Shown piece by piece: positions 23,833 through 36,308 of a stretch of 64,000 nucleotides of DNA. How positions within the stretch are numbered: the first letter of the stretch is position 1; every line of letters begins with the position of its first letter. The notes below the pieces were generated by a model. The model saw only the letters and a list, made by a program, of their open reading frames with translations, made no database searches and had not been told where the DNA came from. The position numbers and the translations under genes are program-made. This stretch comes from Trichosphaerium sp. ATCC 40318 (taxonomy: Eukaryota; Protista; Tubulinea): NCBI GenBank assembly GCA_038496445.1, contig JALMLS010000211.1, forward strand, positions 99,106-163,105. Direction: 5' to 3'.

Positions 23833-25498
23833 TTACACTATACTTGCCCTCAACGTCGATTGTATTTCTTGTCGTAATGATTCTTCTTTGTCTTCGCCTA
23901 TCCCATAAAAAAATTTACCATTACTGGCTACAAACGTTTATTTTTTTTGTTTTTTCGAGAATTTTTAAAAAACTATGTCTGTACCGGGATCCCAGTCAAT
24001 AGCGCCTACAGGCTTATGTTTGCGTTTACCCTTAGGTGTATTAAGTCTTTTATGCTTCATCTTTGCTGAAACGTCGCTACTATTAGAACGCTGTAAAGGT
24101 GCCATTCCAGGTTTTCCTCCATTTTTGACTAGTTTCTTGATACTATCTGGCGCGCTTAATAATTCTGGGTCTGAATCTACTGCGTCTGCGCTCTTTGTTA
24201 GGCGATCTGCTTTACGGTCTTTGCTTTTATCCTTCTTTTTCTTATCCTTGTTCTTGTGTGACTTATCCTCCTTGTCTTTTTTTTTATCATCTTTTGATTC
24301 TTTTTTCTTATCTTCTTTTAACTCCTTTTTTTTATCATGATGATCCTTATCGTCTTTCTTACTCTTACTCTTTTTACTATCCTTTGGCGAATCAACCTTC
24401 TTTATTTGAGGAGTGTTCTTTGTCGTTGGTGTTGTTGATGGCTTTGCTCTTGTCTCTTCAATAATAGGAGTAGGTGCACTACTTCTTAAGGAGTGTTCGG
24501 ATAGATTTCTTTCGATTTGATGTATTTTCATAGATATTGGCGTTGAACTTTTTGGTAACACGTGTTTCTTTGGAGGTGTTTGAGGCGACTTTACAGGAGT
24601 CTTTGGTGGAGGTAATATAGGTTTTTTTGGCGGTGTTTTAGGTGTTTTCTTTGGAGGTTTCTTATACTTTCCTTTAAGAGTACCGGAGACAGCAGTAGCT
24701 TGGCTTTCACTACGTACACTCATTCTTCTCCTTGCAGCAACAAGCATATCAGATTGTATTGCTTGAGAACTACCACGTTTTCTTGTTAATTTCATTCCAG
24801 CTATCCTTGGTAGAGGTGGAGGAGGTCTTGGTGGTGGCGCAGATGTAGATGATCCATCAGCGGGCATAGATTTAGGTGGAGGGATCCTTTAGAAAACATG
24901 TGAACAGGAGTAATCGATTTTTTTTTTGGATATTTTTTTTTTTTTTTTTTTTCAATTTCGTTGTTTTAGAACCACCAGACTTTATGTTTTTCTTTTGAAA
25001 GCCATGACGTGGTTACAAAAAAATCTAAAAACGTTTTTTTGTTTTTTCGATTGAATGGATTTTTTTTTTGTCAGACAGCGATATAATCGCTGGACGCGCA
25101 TTATTTTGAGCGTCAAAAAGTAATTATAAAATAAACACGTGAAAAAGTATACCGGGCTTACTTTAGCATAGGTTGTAGAGCAGCTGCTGAATTTTTTCGA
25201 TCTATTTGAAGTGTAGCCATAAGCTGGGCAAGCTTTTTTGCATGCTCCACCAAGAACTAATAATTTTGTTAGCACCGCTTTAGGTAGTTTCGAAAAGCAA
25301 AACTTTTTTTTTCTTTTTTCATTTAGGTCTTTGTAGTTTGGTAAAACGCTGTTTTGGGTTTAATACCTCGTGGTTGTCAGCATAACGGACTTCCTCTTTA
25401 AGCTCTTCAAATCGCGTTCGTAGCTCGCTTATCCATCTACCAAGTAGCTGCTTTATACCACTAAGCTTTTGGAGATCTTGCTGGGTTGGACTGCTCAT
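23833..25498 (-). CDS. Low-complexity Pro/Lys-rich protein of unknown function, multi-exon
   Basis: 300-aa open exon with polyproline and KKD/KKE tracts, plus an upstream coiled-coil-like exon starting MSSPTQQDLQK. Ends approximate. Confidence 0.65.
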
Positions 25499-26333
25499 GT
25501 TGCTCACCACATCAATTTCAACTGAATTACAAAAAAAGTGCAGTTTTCGCAAATAAGTGTCACTAGCGCTACCCAAAAAACTCCTTGTACGTCTTTGCTA
25601 AGTTGAAAGAGTAGACACAAGATCAATTAATAATGGGTACTTCAGATCTTAATCTCCTTACTTTACAGCACCGGCAGCAAGTACGCAAACGCGACTATAC
25701 AACTTTCTAAACGCGCACGTGATATTTGAAGCCAAAACAAAAAATTACATAGCAATTTGTTTTACTGGTTACTAAACAACGCTGTAAATCACAAAGTAGT
25801 TTAAAAATGGCTCGGTTAGTTTTAACCGCCAGTGTATTTGTTCAAAAATAGCATCAGATACAATTAAAGCGCCCCGCAAGTGTTATACCGCGCTTGAGGC
25901 TCTATCTATTTATGAAAAATTATCACGTGAAAAAAAAAGTGAAGGCTTCTGTATTTAATACCTAATAAAACAGCTATCAGATGAGCTTTTCCATGATGTA
26001 GTCTAGTCACAATATGTAATCAAACGCCACACCACGTGTAAAAAATCCTTTGATACTCCACTAGCAAATAGTTTTGCAATGTTATGTTGATAAGTGCGTA
26101 GTCATTTCACGTCAGTACTGTTTGGTTAGACATTGTCTTGCTTTCGAAGTCAATCAATTCTGGAATACTTGTCTTTTATGGCAAATATTTTCTGTATATA
26201 ATTCAAGCTTGGTTAGAGTCTCTAGCTAAAGGTTCATTTGGTGGACTAAAGGAAAGCAGAAAATTCAACAAAAGACTTTGGTATGAAAAGTCTCTGAAAC
26301 CTCTTCTCCTTGCGTTGACACAACTAATACATC

Positions 26334-26564
26334 ATGGCGGGTAACGCAGTAGTAATAAAAATGGTAATAAACGAAAAGTTCGAGAGAAGTGTCTATGTCA
26401 ACTTCAAACTTCTCAGTGGAAGCAGATCTGATGTTCATTACGTTCTCTCTGATTGGACTTCAAAAGGTTATGAAATTAAAACACACCAAGTTGTATTAGG
26501 CGGACAGGCCGATTCTTCTGCAGCAGAAACACATTACTGGACGCTTCAAAAGACGAGGAGGTAA
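26334..26564 (+). CDS. Small intronless protein (76 aa)
   Basis: ATG-initiated ORF with protein-like composition. The C-terminal VLSDWTSKGYEI...YWTLQK pattern recalls GFRP/DUF4177-type small folds. Confidence 0.5.
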   Translation: MAGNAVVIKMVINEKFERSVYVNFKLLSGSRSDVHYVLSDWTSKGYEIKTHQVVLGGQADSSAAETHYWTLQKTRR

Positions 26565-26792
26565 AGAATAATAGCACAAATGTAGCGTATAATCTCAATG
26601 AGAAAAATAAACATCACGTGACCGCACGCCTTGAAACAGTATTTGCTTATTTCATTTAAAGTCTTTACACTAAAGTCATGTGCAAATTAGCCAAGTCTCT
26701 GCCAGTCATGTGCCGATCGGCAACTTTTCAAATAATATCAAGTTAAAATAAAACCGTTGTACTCTACTCTGTAGAAAACAGTCTGTTAGATA

Positions 26793-29700
26793 ATGGGTAA
26801 TGCCAATAACGCTGAAAACAAGATTTATTTTGTAGCAACAGCTCATTTAGACACACAATGGTTATGGACCATTCAAGTACGCTTTTGACATTAGATAGAG
26901 TGTTTTAAACGCGCATAGGATACCATAGCGTGTTTTCTACCTGATACAGTTGAAAAGAATGTCGCGTTAATGGACAGAGACAACAGTGATTATGTTTTTA
27001 GCTTTGAAGGCAAACGACATGAATCTTGTACATCATATTAACGTTTTTGTGCGTAAAAACAGGCGCATTCCGTTACATGCTTATCAAAGAGTATTATCCT
27101 GAACTGTACGAGAAAATGAAGCAAAAAATTAAAACAGGCGAATGGCGCGTTTCGGGCGGTATGGTTTTTTAAAAGGCGTGGTGTAATGTATTATATAGGA
27201 TCTATTGTAGCCAGTGACGTTAATGTGCCTTCGCCAGAAGCACTTGCAAGACAGTTTTTATACGGAAACGGATTCTTCGAAACAGAGTTCGGAAAAACAA
27301 GGTAAGATGACATAGTTTCGAAATAACCATAGTGCTTACCTCTCCTATAGTAAAGATGTATTCTTACCTGATTGTTTTGGATTCCCGTAAGTTCTCATTT
27401 TGCATTGTGAAGCCTTCTTGTAGTTGTGTTATTTATCACGTGACACAGTACTAAAACTTTTTACTGTTTAGACATAGCCTACCAACTGTTGCAGCGCATT
27501 GTGGTAGACTTGGATTTAGTAGTCAAAAACTTACTTGGAACAATCGAATGAGTAACTTTATACCATTTGATATTGGAACATGGGAAGGACCAGATGGATC
27601 GCGATTAATTGCATGTTTACAGGTTTGATAATACACTTTATTTTTCGATGATGTTTGTACATTAACTTCGTTGCAGCCTGGCCAGTATTGTAACTTGCAA
27701 GCAATACCAGAAGCAGATTTCGATGGACCTATTCAGAACTTCAGACAAATATTTCCGTATAGAATACGTGGACCGTTTTCGCAGACACTTCAACAAAAAG
27801 TGAAAAACCTTGTAAGAACTTCTTTTTTTCGAAACAGAACCCTCTCTATTACTGCCGTTTTGGTAAAATATATGCTTACAGACCTTCTATTAGGGTGTTT
27901 CTATGGTTTATTTTGGTACTGGAGACGCAGGAGGAGCCCCAAAACGGAGATCAATAGAAAACGTAGAAAAGAGTCTCACTGTTACAAAGCCGTTTAGTGC
28001 TGTCTTATCAGGTTCAGACGAGATGTTCATTGACGTTTCTAAAAAGCCCGATATACTGGCAAAAATGAAGAATCATAAGGGAGAACTGCTTATGTCCACA
28101 CACGGTACAGGTATATTGATAACCACAGCCAAAGAGAAACAAGAAAATTGTTCTCTGATTTTTATGTTAGGTTGCTATACTTCCAAGACTTTGTTGAAGA
28201 AATGGAACCGTCAAATCGAACTGCTTGCATCCGCAACTGAGGTTATTGCTGTGGCATCAATGCTTAAAACAAATCAATATCCACAAGCGCTCATCACTGA
28301 AGCTTGGATCAGATTATTGGTTCACCAGTTCCATGATGATTTAACTGGCAAAATACTTTTTAGTTAAATCTTGTTTTAACGGTTTTATTTTGTAGGTACA
28401 TCCATGATTCCAGCATACAGATTCACTCTTAATGATATGGCATTATCATTCAATCTTTTGCATGCAAGTATTAAACATTCATTTGGACAACTTACAACAC
28501 ATGTTACCACGAATGAAGAGAAGAATTTTTTCGTGACAGTATTTAATCCCACTTCATTTAGTCGCTCTGATTATGGTAAGAGTGTTCGCGCCTATCCCGT
28601 AAATGATAATGCTAAAAACTCTCCAAAGCGTCTGTTAAAATCGATATCAAAGGTGATTATACAGTCAAAGGACCAAACGGTATCATAGAAAGCGTAGCTA
28701 GCTCAGAAAATGGTACATTGTAAATTATCAACTTTAATCATTAATCCAAAAAAAGGTGCTTGTATTGTCACCTTTCTGGCAACTATACCTTCCATGTCTA
28801 TCATGCATTATACCATCACTCCTTCAAGTAGTGTTAATGATGCCAAATGTAAGGAAATATTATTGAATTCATTGCAACTAAAGAAAATGTAGCGCTGATA
28901 GAACAAAGCAACGAAATTGAAAACAAAAGATACAAAGTGGTAGTTAATGATAATGGTAACATTATCAGTGTTTTCGATAAAGCTCTTGATAAAGAACTCT
29001 TGAGAAGTCCTATAGTATTCCAGTGTCTATACAATAGCGATTTAGACGATGAGCACCGTAGGAACTACCCAATGTGGCCTGAATGGGAAATACTACCTGA
29101 AGGTACAAACGAACCAAAACTCAAAGATCTTCTTCATAACTTCGACGGTAGATGTCGAGACGGATCCATATCTCATTATAGATCAATGTGAAAATATCAC
29201 GTGCGTGGCCACATGTCAAATTAAGCTAATTTATTTTTAAACTGAAGTAAGCATGAGAGTAATTTATCAGTGTCTTTGGTTGTTGAAAGGAAACTTTCTA
29301 TTAAAGATAAGATTACTACAATGAAGCATACCATTTCTTTGTTTAAAATGGGTGATTCTGTATCTTATGTGCATGTTGATAACGTTATTGATTGGCAGTG
29401 CCCTGATACACTCTTGAAAGTCGCTTTTCCATGCACTGCATCAAATAATCTTGCAACTTATGATCTGGGTACAGTTAATTGTTGTTTGATTGTTCAAACA
29501 CTGGGTTTTTCTTATTGTTGTTAAGGTTGTGGTACAATTCAGAGGGGAAATAATGATTTCTCAATAGAAGAAATACCACATTATGAAGTACCTGCTCAGT
29601 TGTGGGTGGACTTAACAGATAAAAAAGCAAACTTTGGTGCGTTCTTTTCCCAACTTGCACATACTGTCTGTTTTCTTTGTTCGTTCTAACTTTTTATGCC

Positions 29701-31257
29701 AAACTTTAGGGTCTTTTATTTCTTCAGACTCTAAATACGGTTTTGATAAGCCTAATGACAATACGCTTCGCATGACTCTTATACATTCTCCAAATGCAAA
29801 AATCCGAAGAAATGGATTTAAGCAGAACTCAGTGTTCCAAGATGTCGGGCATAATGCTTTCAAATTTATCATTGGTGGTCACAAAGGAGACTGGAAAGAG
29901 GTAGTATATACATTGTGTAATTGTATTGATTTTTATTCCACGCTCAGGGCAACGTACCAAGGATTTGTCAGTGCTTCAATCAACCTTTAATAACACATGT
30001 CTCAAAAGATTGTGTTCTTAATGAAACGATTAATATTGCTTCTCTGTCTACTGATCGTGTTGTTATACGTGCATTAAAGAAAGCAGAACGCTCTGATAAA
30101 ATTGTAATACGGCTACAGGTATCTAAAAACTAGTTCTTTAGCTGGAGTTTGATTGAACTTTATTTAGGAGTTATATGGTGAAACACATTCAAATGTCAAG
30201 GTATTTGTATTAGATGGTGTTGTTGAGGCAGTTGAGATGGATGGAGAAGAGCATGAGATTAAAGATATTACAGTGAGCGATGAAACCTTAGAAATACAGT
30301 CCATACGACCTTATCAAATGCTTACATTTGGGTTAACAATAAAATCACCTGACAGTGAACAAGAACAAGATTCTGCCACAGACTTAGTAATTGATCTCAA
30401 AAAGAACATTAATGTCGTAGCTCCAGAAGGTACGTACTATACCAAAAAGAGCCAAAGATGCCTTGTATTGATGCTATTTCACTTAGGTTCCTTTAATGAT
30501 GAGTTATGGGCTTTTCCTAAACATAAGTTCCCAGAAGAAATCAAATACTTGTCTTTTACTTTTCCTATTACTGAAAGTGATGGTTGTCAAGGCTTAAGTT
30601 TGGACGAAAAACTTGCTATTACAGTACCTAAAGGGTACAAGTATTTGCTCTTCCTTGCAGGTAGGGTTTAAAATTGTAAGAGTTAGTACTAACAGCAAGT
30701 CAGGTAGTAAAGATGTTGATACAACGATTTCTGTTGATGTTAATGGAAATTGTCATGACGTTAATGTATTGGCCATTAAAGGTGATCTAAGCTATGCAAC
30801 ATACATAGAAGATATTGAGCCGCATCCGTACGTGTCAGTACTTTTATTTTAGATGATATGAAAAGACTTCAAAACTCGTTCAAACATGAGGCGTCCAATG
30901 GACGAAACAACTTTTTTTTTCAAAATAAAGCTGATGATCTTTTTATCAACAGGAGAGTAAGTGAGGGGTATAAAAGGGCAAACATTGCGTGGCACTCAGA
31001 ATGTCTTATCCATAGAGGAGGAAAAGTACCTTTGGTTACACGTGTACGTATCACAAGAAAAAAATAAGAAAAACAAACCACCTAATATGAGATTTTATTA
31101 GAAAAAGAATTACTTATCTGATGGTGTTATGCCTTATGAGTTTGGATACATGTTCTGTCATAAAATATGTCTCAAATACAATCAAGAAAATATTGTTACT
31201 CTTCCTAAATCACAAGTTATTATGTTCAGTGCTATAGCAACAAATAAAGAACTGTAA
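26793..31257 (+). CDS. GH38 alpha-mannosidase, many exons
   Basis: ATAHLDTQWLW, FSFEGAFRY, DVNVPSPEALARQFLYGN, DVFLPDCFGFP, FSSQKLTW, GTGDAGG, HGTGCYTS, HQFHDDLTGTS, YEVPAQLWVDL, SKYGFDKP, ALKKAERSDKIVIRLQE. Confidence 0.95.
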
Positions 31258-32440
31258 TATTTCTTTCATTTTTTTTGATCTGAGCAAATCAAGCGCAGAC
31301 ATTAATAATAATTAATGACTTTTTATGGCTACTAGAATACCTGGAACAACGAACACCTAGCTATGATCAAGACGGTAAATCAGCCCCTGAACTACAGGTG
31401 ATGTTACCTAGAGACAACAACTAGCAGTAGTTACAACTTCACACAAGTTTCAGTGACGTCGCAGAGTAGAGAATGTTTTCGTGTAAATTACAATTTTGGC
31501 TAGGTCCTAGATTAATAATAACTTGGTTGGCTCAAAGATAAACGTGAGATTCCAAAAAAACAATTTGAGAACAAAACAATCAACAAGCAACATCACATGA
31601 ACAAGGCTGTTGTTATTTCTTGTTTTCTTCTCATATTTCTTGTAGTTCGTCATTTATACAACTTAATAGCCTCTATACCATTTCTTCTGTTCTCTGTTTT
31701 AATCATCTATTTCATCATAGTGCTCTTTCGTTTGGCCATTTTCATTCCATTCCTTGTATTCTCCTTCTTTTTTGCCAGTTATTATATTATACTGCTCCTT
31801 CAAGTGGCCATTTTCATACCATTTCTTGTATTCTTCTTCTAGGATACCATTTATAAAAGTATATTGCCCCTCTAATTGGCCATTTTTATACCATTCCTTG
31901 TATTCTCCGTCACATTTACCATTATTATAATTACAGTGTACCATCATGTGGCCATTGTCATACCATTCCTTGTATTCTCCGTCACATTCACCATTACTGT
32001 AATTATAATGTTTCTCCAATTGGCCATCATAATTCCATTCCTTGTATTCTCCATTATTTTTACCATTGGTGACATTACACTGCTTCTCCAATTGGCCATT
32101 GTCATGCCATTCCTTGTATTCTCCGTTACATTCACCATTGGTGTAATTACAATGTAACTCCAATTGGCTATTGTCAAACCATCGCTTGTATTCTCCGTTG
32201 ACTTTACCATTTATATAATTACACCGAATCTCTAATTGGCCATTGTCATACCATCGCTTGTATTCTCCGTTGACTTTACCATTTATATAATTACACTGCA
32301 CCTCTAATTGGCCATTGTCATGCCAATCCTTGTATTCTCCGTTGTATTTATCATTAGAGTAATTACAATGTACCCACAATATGCCATTTTTGTTCCATTG
32401 CTTGTATTCTCCTTCTTGTTTACCGTCAATGTAACTATAT

Positions 32441-35153
32441 CGTGATTGGTAATTTGCCAACTTTTTTTGTCAATTTGTCAATTCTGTCAACTATCTCTTA
32501 CTATGTAGTGCAGGTAAGATGTGTGCTTGTAATAGGTAGTGATACCTCCAATAATATTCTGGTGTCATGGCATGGAAGTACAAATCACGTGGTTTTTTTT
32601 TTCACTGTAGGTTTGATCTACACAAGCTGTGTTACTTGTATGTCATTTCTATGCGTAGAAAAGCGCTGTAGCAGTATCTATACTACCATTGAGTATTTTT
32701 AGGCTGAGTTTTTTACACAAAGGGTAAACTTGCTCTAACAGCGTTTGTTAGATGCATTTCCGTGTTTTCTGAAAGTTTGCATGAGACTTAATAAGATTGA
32801 ACACACAATTAAACACTAGCAATGCTAACAGCACTAGAAAGATGCCCCACACGGCCAGCAACACCAACAATGGGCAATATTGATTGCTGACATGGATGGA
32901 GTGCAATACTCCTATTTTTTATTGTTCTCCTCAAAAAGATGGGCTCGGCAGTACAGTCCCATCAGACATGCTGAAAAAGGCAATTTGACCACATGGTATT
33001 ACCGTTGTAAAACCGCGATAAGTGCAAAGCTAAATTACAAATACTCTCAAAACATGGAAGAGGCACGTCAATACTAAACATAAAGGAAACTGAAGGTATT
33101 TTTATTTGTTTTAAACAAAATGGTAAATATATTTGTTTAGGACATGTAAAAGAGTGCTGTCCTGTGCACATATCGAAGCTGAAGCTCAATAATAGCGTTA
33201 AAAGGAGTATAGAACAAGATATTGAAAGAGGGATACCTCCGCTTAGTGTGGTACGTCAAATTATTCTAGACACTACCCTTATCATTTTCTGTACAGTATA
33301 AATCATTTTTGGAGAATGATGCTCATGATCCGCTGAATTCGTCAGAAATACCTAGCACGGACAACATGGCATACCTTGCGCGTAAGGTACACCGTAGGCA
33401 CGAAATGCACCACGAGGTATTATTTTTGGTTAATTAGAAATGTTTTTACACTAACACAAACTAGGTGTACTCAAACATTCGGTTAATGCATCCTTTGTCC
33501 TCACGAATTGTTCAGGCAACGAATGATGTCATATCATTTGTTCACCCTGAGTTAAACACTTATTTACGTGATTTTGATAACAGTGTACTCTTTGTTGATG
33601 GCACCTACAGAATAGCAGATATTAATGCGCAGGTGAGAGCTACACAGGCACAACTCTTCTTTATTTTTTTTTGTAGGCTTTGTTTTTTTGGGTGAAAGCA
33701 AAAGGAGCTAAGCGTACTAAAGGAACCTGCATTAGCTTTGCAATCATGCATGCCAAGAACCTTCCTGAGTATGAGTATGCATTCATGCATCTAAAAAGTG
33801 TATGTGGAGTGCCTTTTCAGCGGTTGATGACTGATGGAGAAACAAATATGAAACGAGGTAAACTTTTTTGTATTTTTTGTTTAGAAGACTCATATTTTAT
33901 TCAGCATGTAAATGTACTGGGCCCTTTAAAAATATCCCAATGTATCTACCATATTGCTGAAGCGCACAGAAGAAAGCGGTCAGAGCTGGGTATGAAGAAA
34001 GAAGGGCGTGAAGAGGAGAATAGATGGTGTAAGTTGGTGTCAACAACTTTACTATATGAAAAAAATGAGAAAAAGTTTTATCGTTATTGGAATTCCTTTC
34101 AGAAGGAAGCACTTGAAAAAACAAATGACTGTAGAGCATACATTAAGTACCTAGCCAACACATACATGAATGTTACTGATGAAGTCACCAAGTACGTTAT
34201 TCAATACTTGTTTATTAATTATTGCTTTTTTTTACCTTACATTTTTTATACTAGATGTCCTCCATCTACATGGGCGCTATGGACAGTTACTGATACCCCT
34301 TGGGAGCATACGCGTACCAATAACATCAGTGAAGGTAACAACAGTGCTGTTAAAAAGGTGCTCTCATATGAGGGTACAAGGAAACGTCCTTGTGATGTTG
34401 TTTTTTCTTCACTGGTAAAGTTTGCTACTTGCAGCTTAAAAGATGGTCAACGCACAGTTATTGGAATAGCTGTGGGCACACCTAAGAGTGTCACTTTAAA
34501 GAGGCGAAAAGATCAAGCTGAGAAAATTGAGAAGAGGTGTAAGTGACCAATACTGTTATGGTATATGAAATTAACGTTGTCAAAGTGAAGAAACTAAATA
34601 CCCTGCTTTTGAAAATTAAAGCACAAAGACAAGCAAAAAGAGCTGCTAAAAAAAAAAAGATGGAGAAAAAGCAATGCCTCCAACATAATCAACGTCTTAA
34701 AGCTCCATTAAAGGTAAGTAAGAAGTTTTTTAATAACATGTGACTGTGCAGCTACGAAGGAAAAAACCATAACAATTAAAAAAGTGTACTCAAAAAGTAT
34801 CTCGCCAACCAACTTAAAAAATTTTATTGACTTTTAATTTGTTCTATTACGTACATACACTTTATTTTGATTTATAACGGCATATAATTCCACTGAGGGG
34901 TGATTTTCAGTATCTGAAACAATTGAAAATGGTATTGTCGCTGAAAAAAGTTTTGTCAACAAAATATTACACGTGTTCACACCTTTACCCAAAGCCAAAA
35001 TCAGAATTCAAATACTATTCCATTGTCTTACATGTATCCAATGTAACTGTAGTCAAGTCAATCAACAATATAGCATGGTCAGAGTCATTGATAGCGGATT
35101 GACAAATAGTTGACAAAAAAAAGTTGACAAAAGTTGGCATTTTCCTAGTCACC
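32441..35153 (+). mobile_element. Mutator-like (MULE) DNA transposon, 2713 bp
   Basis: 8-bp TSD AACTATAT (32433-32440 and 35154-35161). Imperfect TIRs (CGTGATTGGTAATTTGCCAACTTT vs reverse complement GGTGACTAGGAAAATGCCAACTTT) carry repeated TGTCAA. Contains a transposase. Confidence 0.92.
32838..34772 (+). CDS. MULE DDE transposase with introns, probably frameshifted
   Basis: LFVDGTY (D1), LMTDGE (D2), QCIYH (CxxH), TRTNNISEGNN (E). The N-terminal WYYRCK...CKAKL...H zinc finger needs one extra A at about 33010. Start approximate. Confidence 0.85.
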
Positions 35154-36308
35154 AACTATATTGTCTCATCAATTGACCACTATCATACCATTCCTTGTAT
35201 TCCCCGTTGTGTCTTCCATTGATGTAATTATATTGCTTCTTCAATTGTCCATTGCCATACCATTCCTTGCATTCTCCGTTGCGTATACCATTGATGTAAT
35301 TAGATTGCATCCACAATTGACCATTGTCAACCCATTGCTTGTTTTCTCCTTCTCGTTTACCGTCAATGTAAGTAAACTGTTTCATCAATTGGCCACTATC
35401 ATACCATTTCCTGTATTTTCCATCTCGTATACCATGGTTCCACTGTTCTTGCTCTTTTGGCTTGTTATCTCTTCGTCGGTACTGCCTGTTGTATATTGGT
35501 TTCTGCCATTTCCCATGCTTGTTCATCTCATCATCGAACCTTGTGGTCATTGCTGCTTGTTTTGAAAGCAGTGGCCAAATTAAATACACAAATGAGTCCA
35601 AATCGATAATATCAAGTTGAATCTCGACTGGAAGGTGTAGTAGATAGCAATCATCTGATTGCGTATTAAATCTCTATTTATTTATTGTTAGGTACTCTTG
35701 CGCTTTAAAAGATTCTGGTACCTTGTACGCGATAGTATTGGGACTATTGAGCATTCTAAATAAAATAAACAAACCTTCGCGGTTACACGTGTAAGGTTAG
35801 TAAATAAGTCAACTTACGTCATTCCCGTAATTTTCAATACAGATCCTTGAGTAAATAAATAATGTGAAGCCGCACATTCTTATACTATCATTTTGATTGG
35901 CGAGCTTTTTTTTTCCCTTCCTTTTAAAAAAGCACGTGCGCGTAATCTAGTGTGTATTTATCACAATATTTAATTTACATCCCCTACCGCAGCTATTGAG
36001 TTTACAATAATTGATACTAACAACATGAAGAGTTGAAGGCGTTGCATGCGAACTGAAGTTTCAAAGTATAATATGAATACTTAGTTTGGTGTGACAATGG
36101 ACTAATCATGTAAGGAGGTGGTCTTGACTGCTTTAGCGCAGTTGCAAAGCTGCAAATCCTTACAATGTTGGAGTGTATATTCCATTTTGATGGTAAGGAA
36201 TTAATCACAAGAAGTACTTTTTATGTATTCCGTCATTGTTTAGTAGGCTTCGGCAAGAATTAGGTGGGTACAAGGTGACAAAATTAGTCCACTTTATTAA
36301 TGTAGAAA

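Larger units (their letters stand above)
31699..35754 (-). pseudogene. F-box + MORN2 repeat gene, copy B (14 repeats), interrupted by a Mutator-like element
   Basis: MLNSPNTIAYK, intron 35674-35721, RFNTQSDDCYLLHLPVEIQLDIIDLD...RFDDEMNKHGKW and 4 repeats lie before the insertion. 10 repeats (31699-32440) lie after it. Removing the element plus one TSD restores in-frame RQYS-YIDGKQEG. Confidence 0.9.

Noticed and set aside
23975-24464. Leu/Phe/Ser-rich plus-strand ORFs
   Set aside because: Antisense shadows of the Lys/Asp-rich minus-strand exon.
31597-32210. Hydrophobic repetitive ORFs on the opposite strand or frame of the MORN2 arrays (also 14387-14746, 14634-14834, 35161-35565)
   Set aside because: Shadow ORFs produced by the 72-bp periodicity of the real genes.
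31699-32440. Repeat array as CRISPR or a diversity-generating retroelement
   Set aside because: The units are coding 72-bp repeats with no unique spacers. No cas or reverse transcriptase gene is present, and no template/variable pair with adenine-specific differences was seen.
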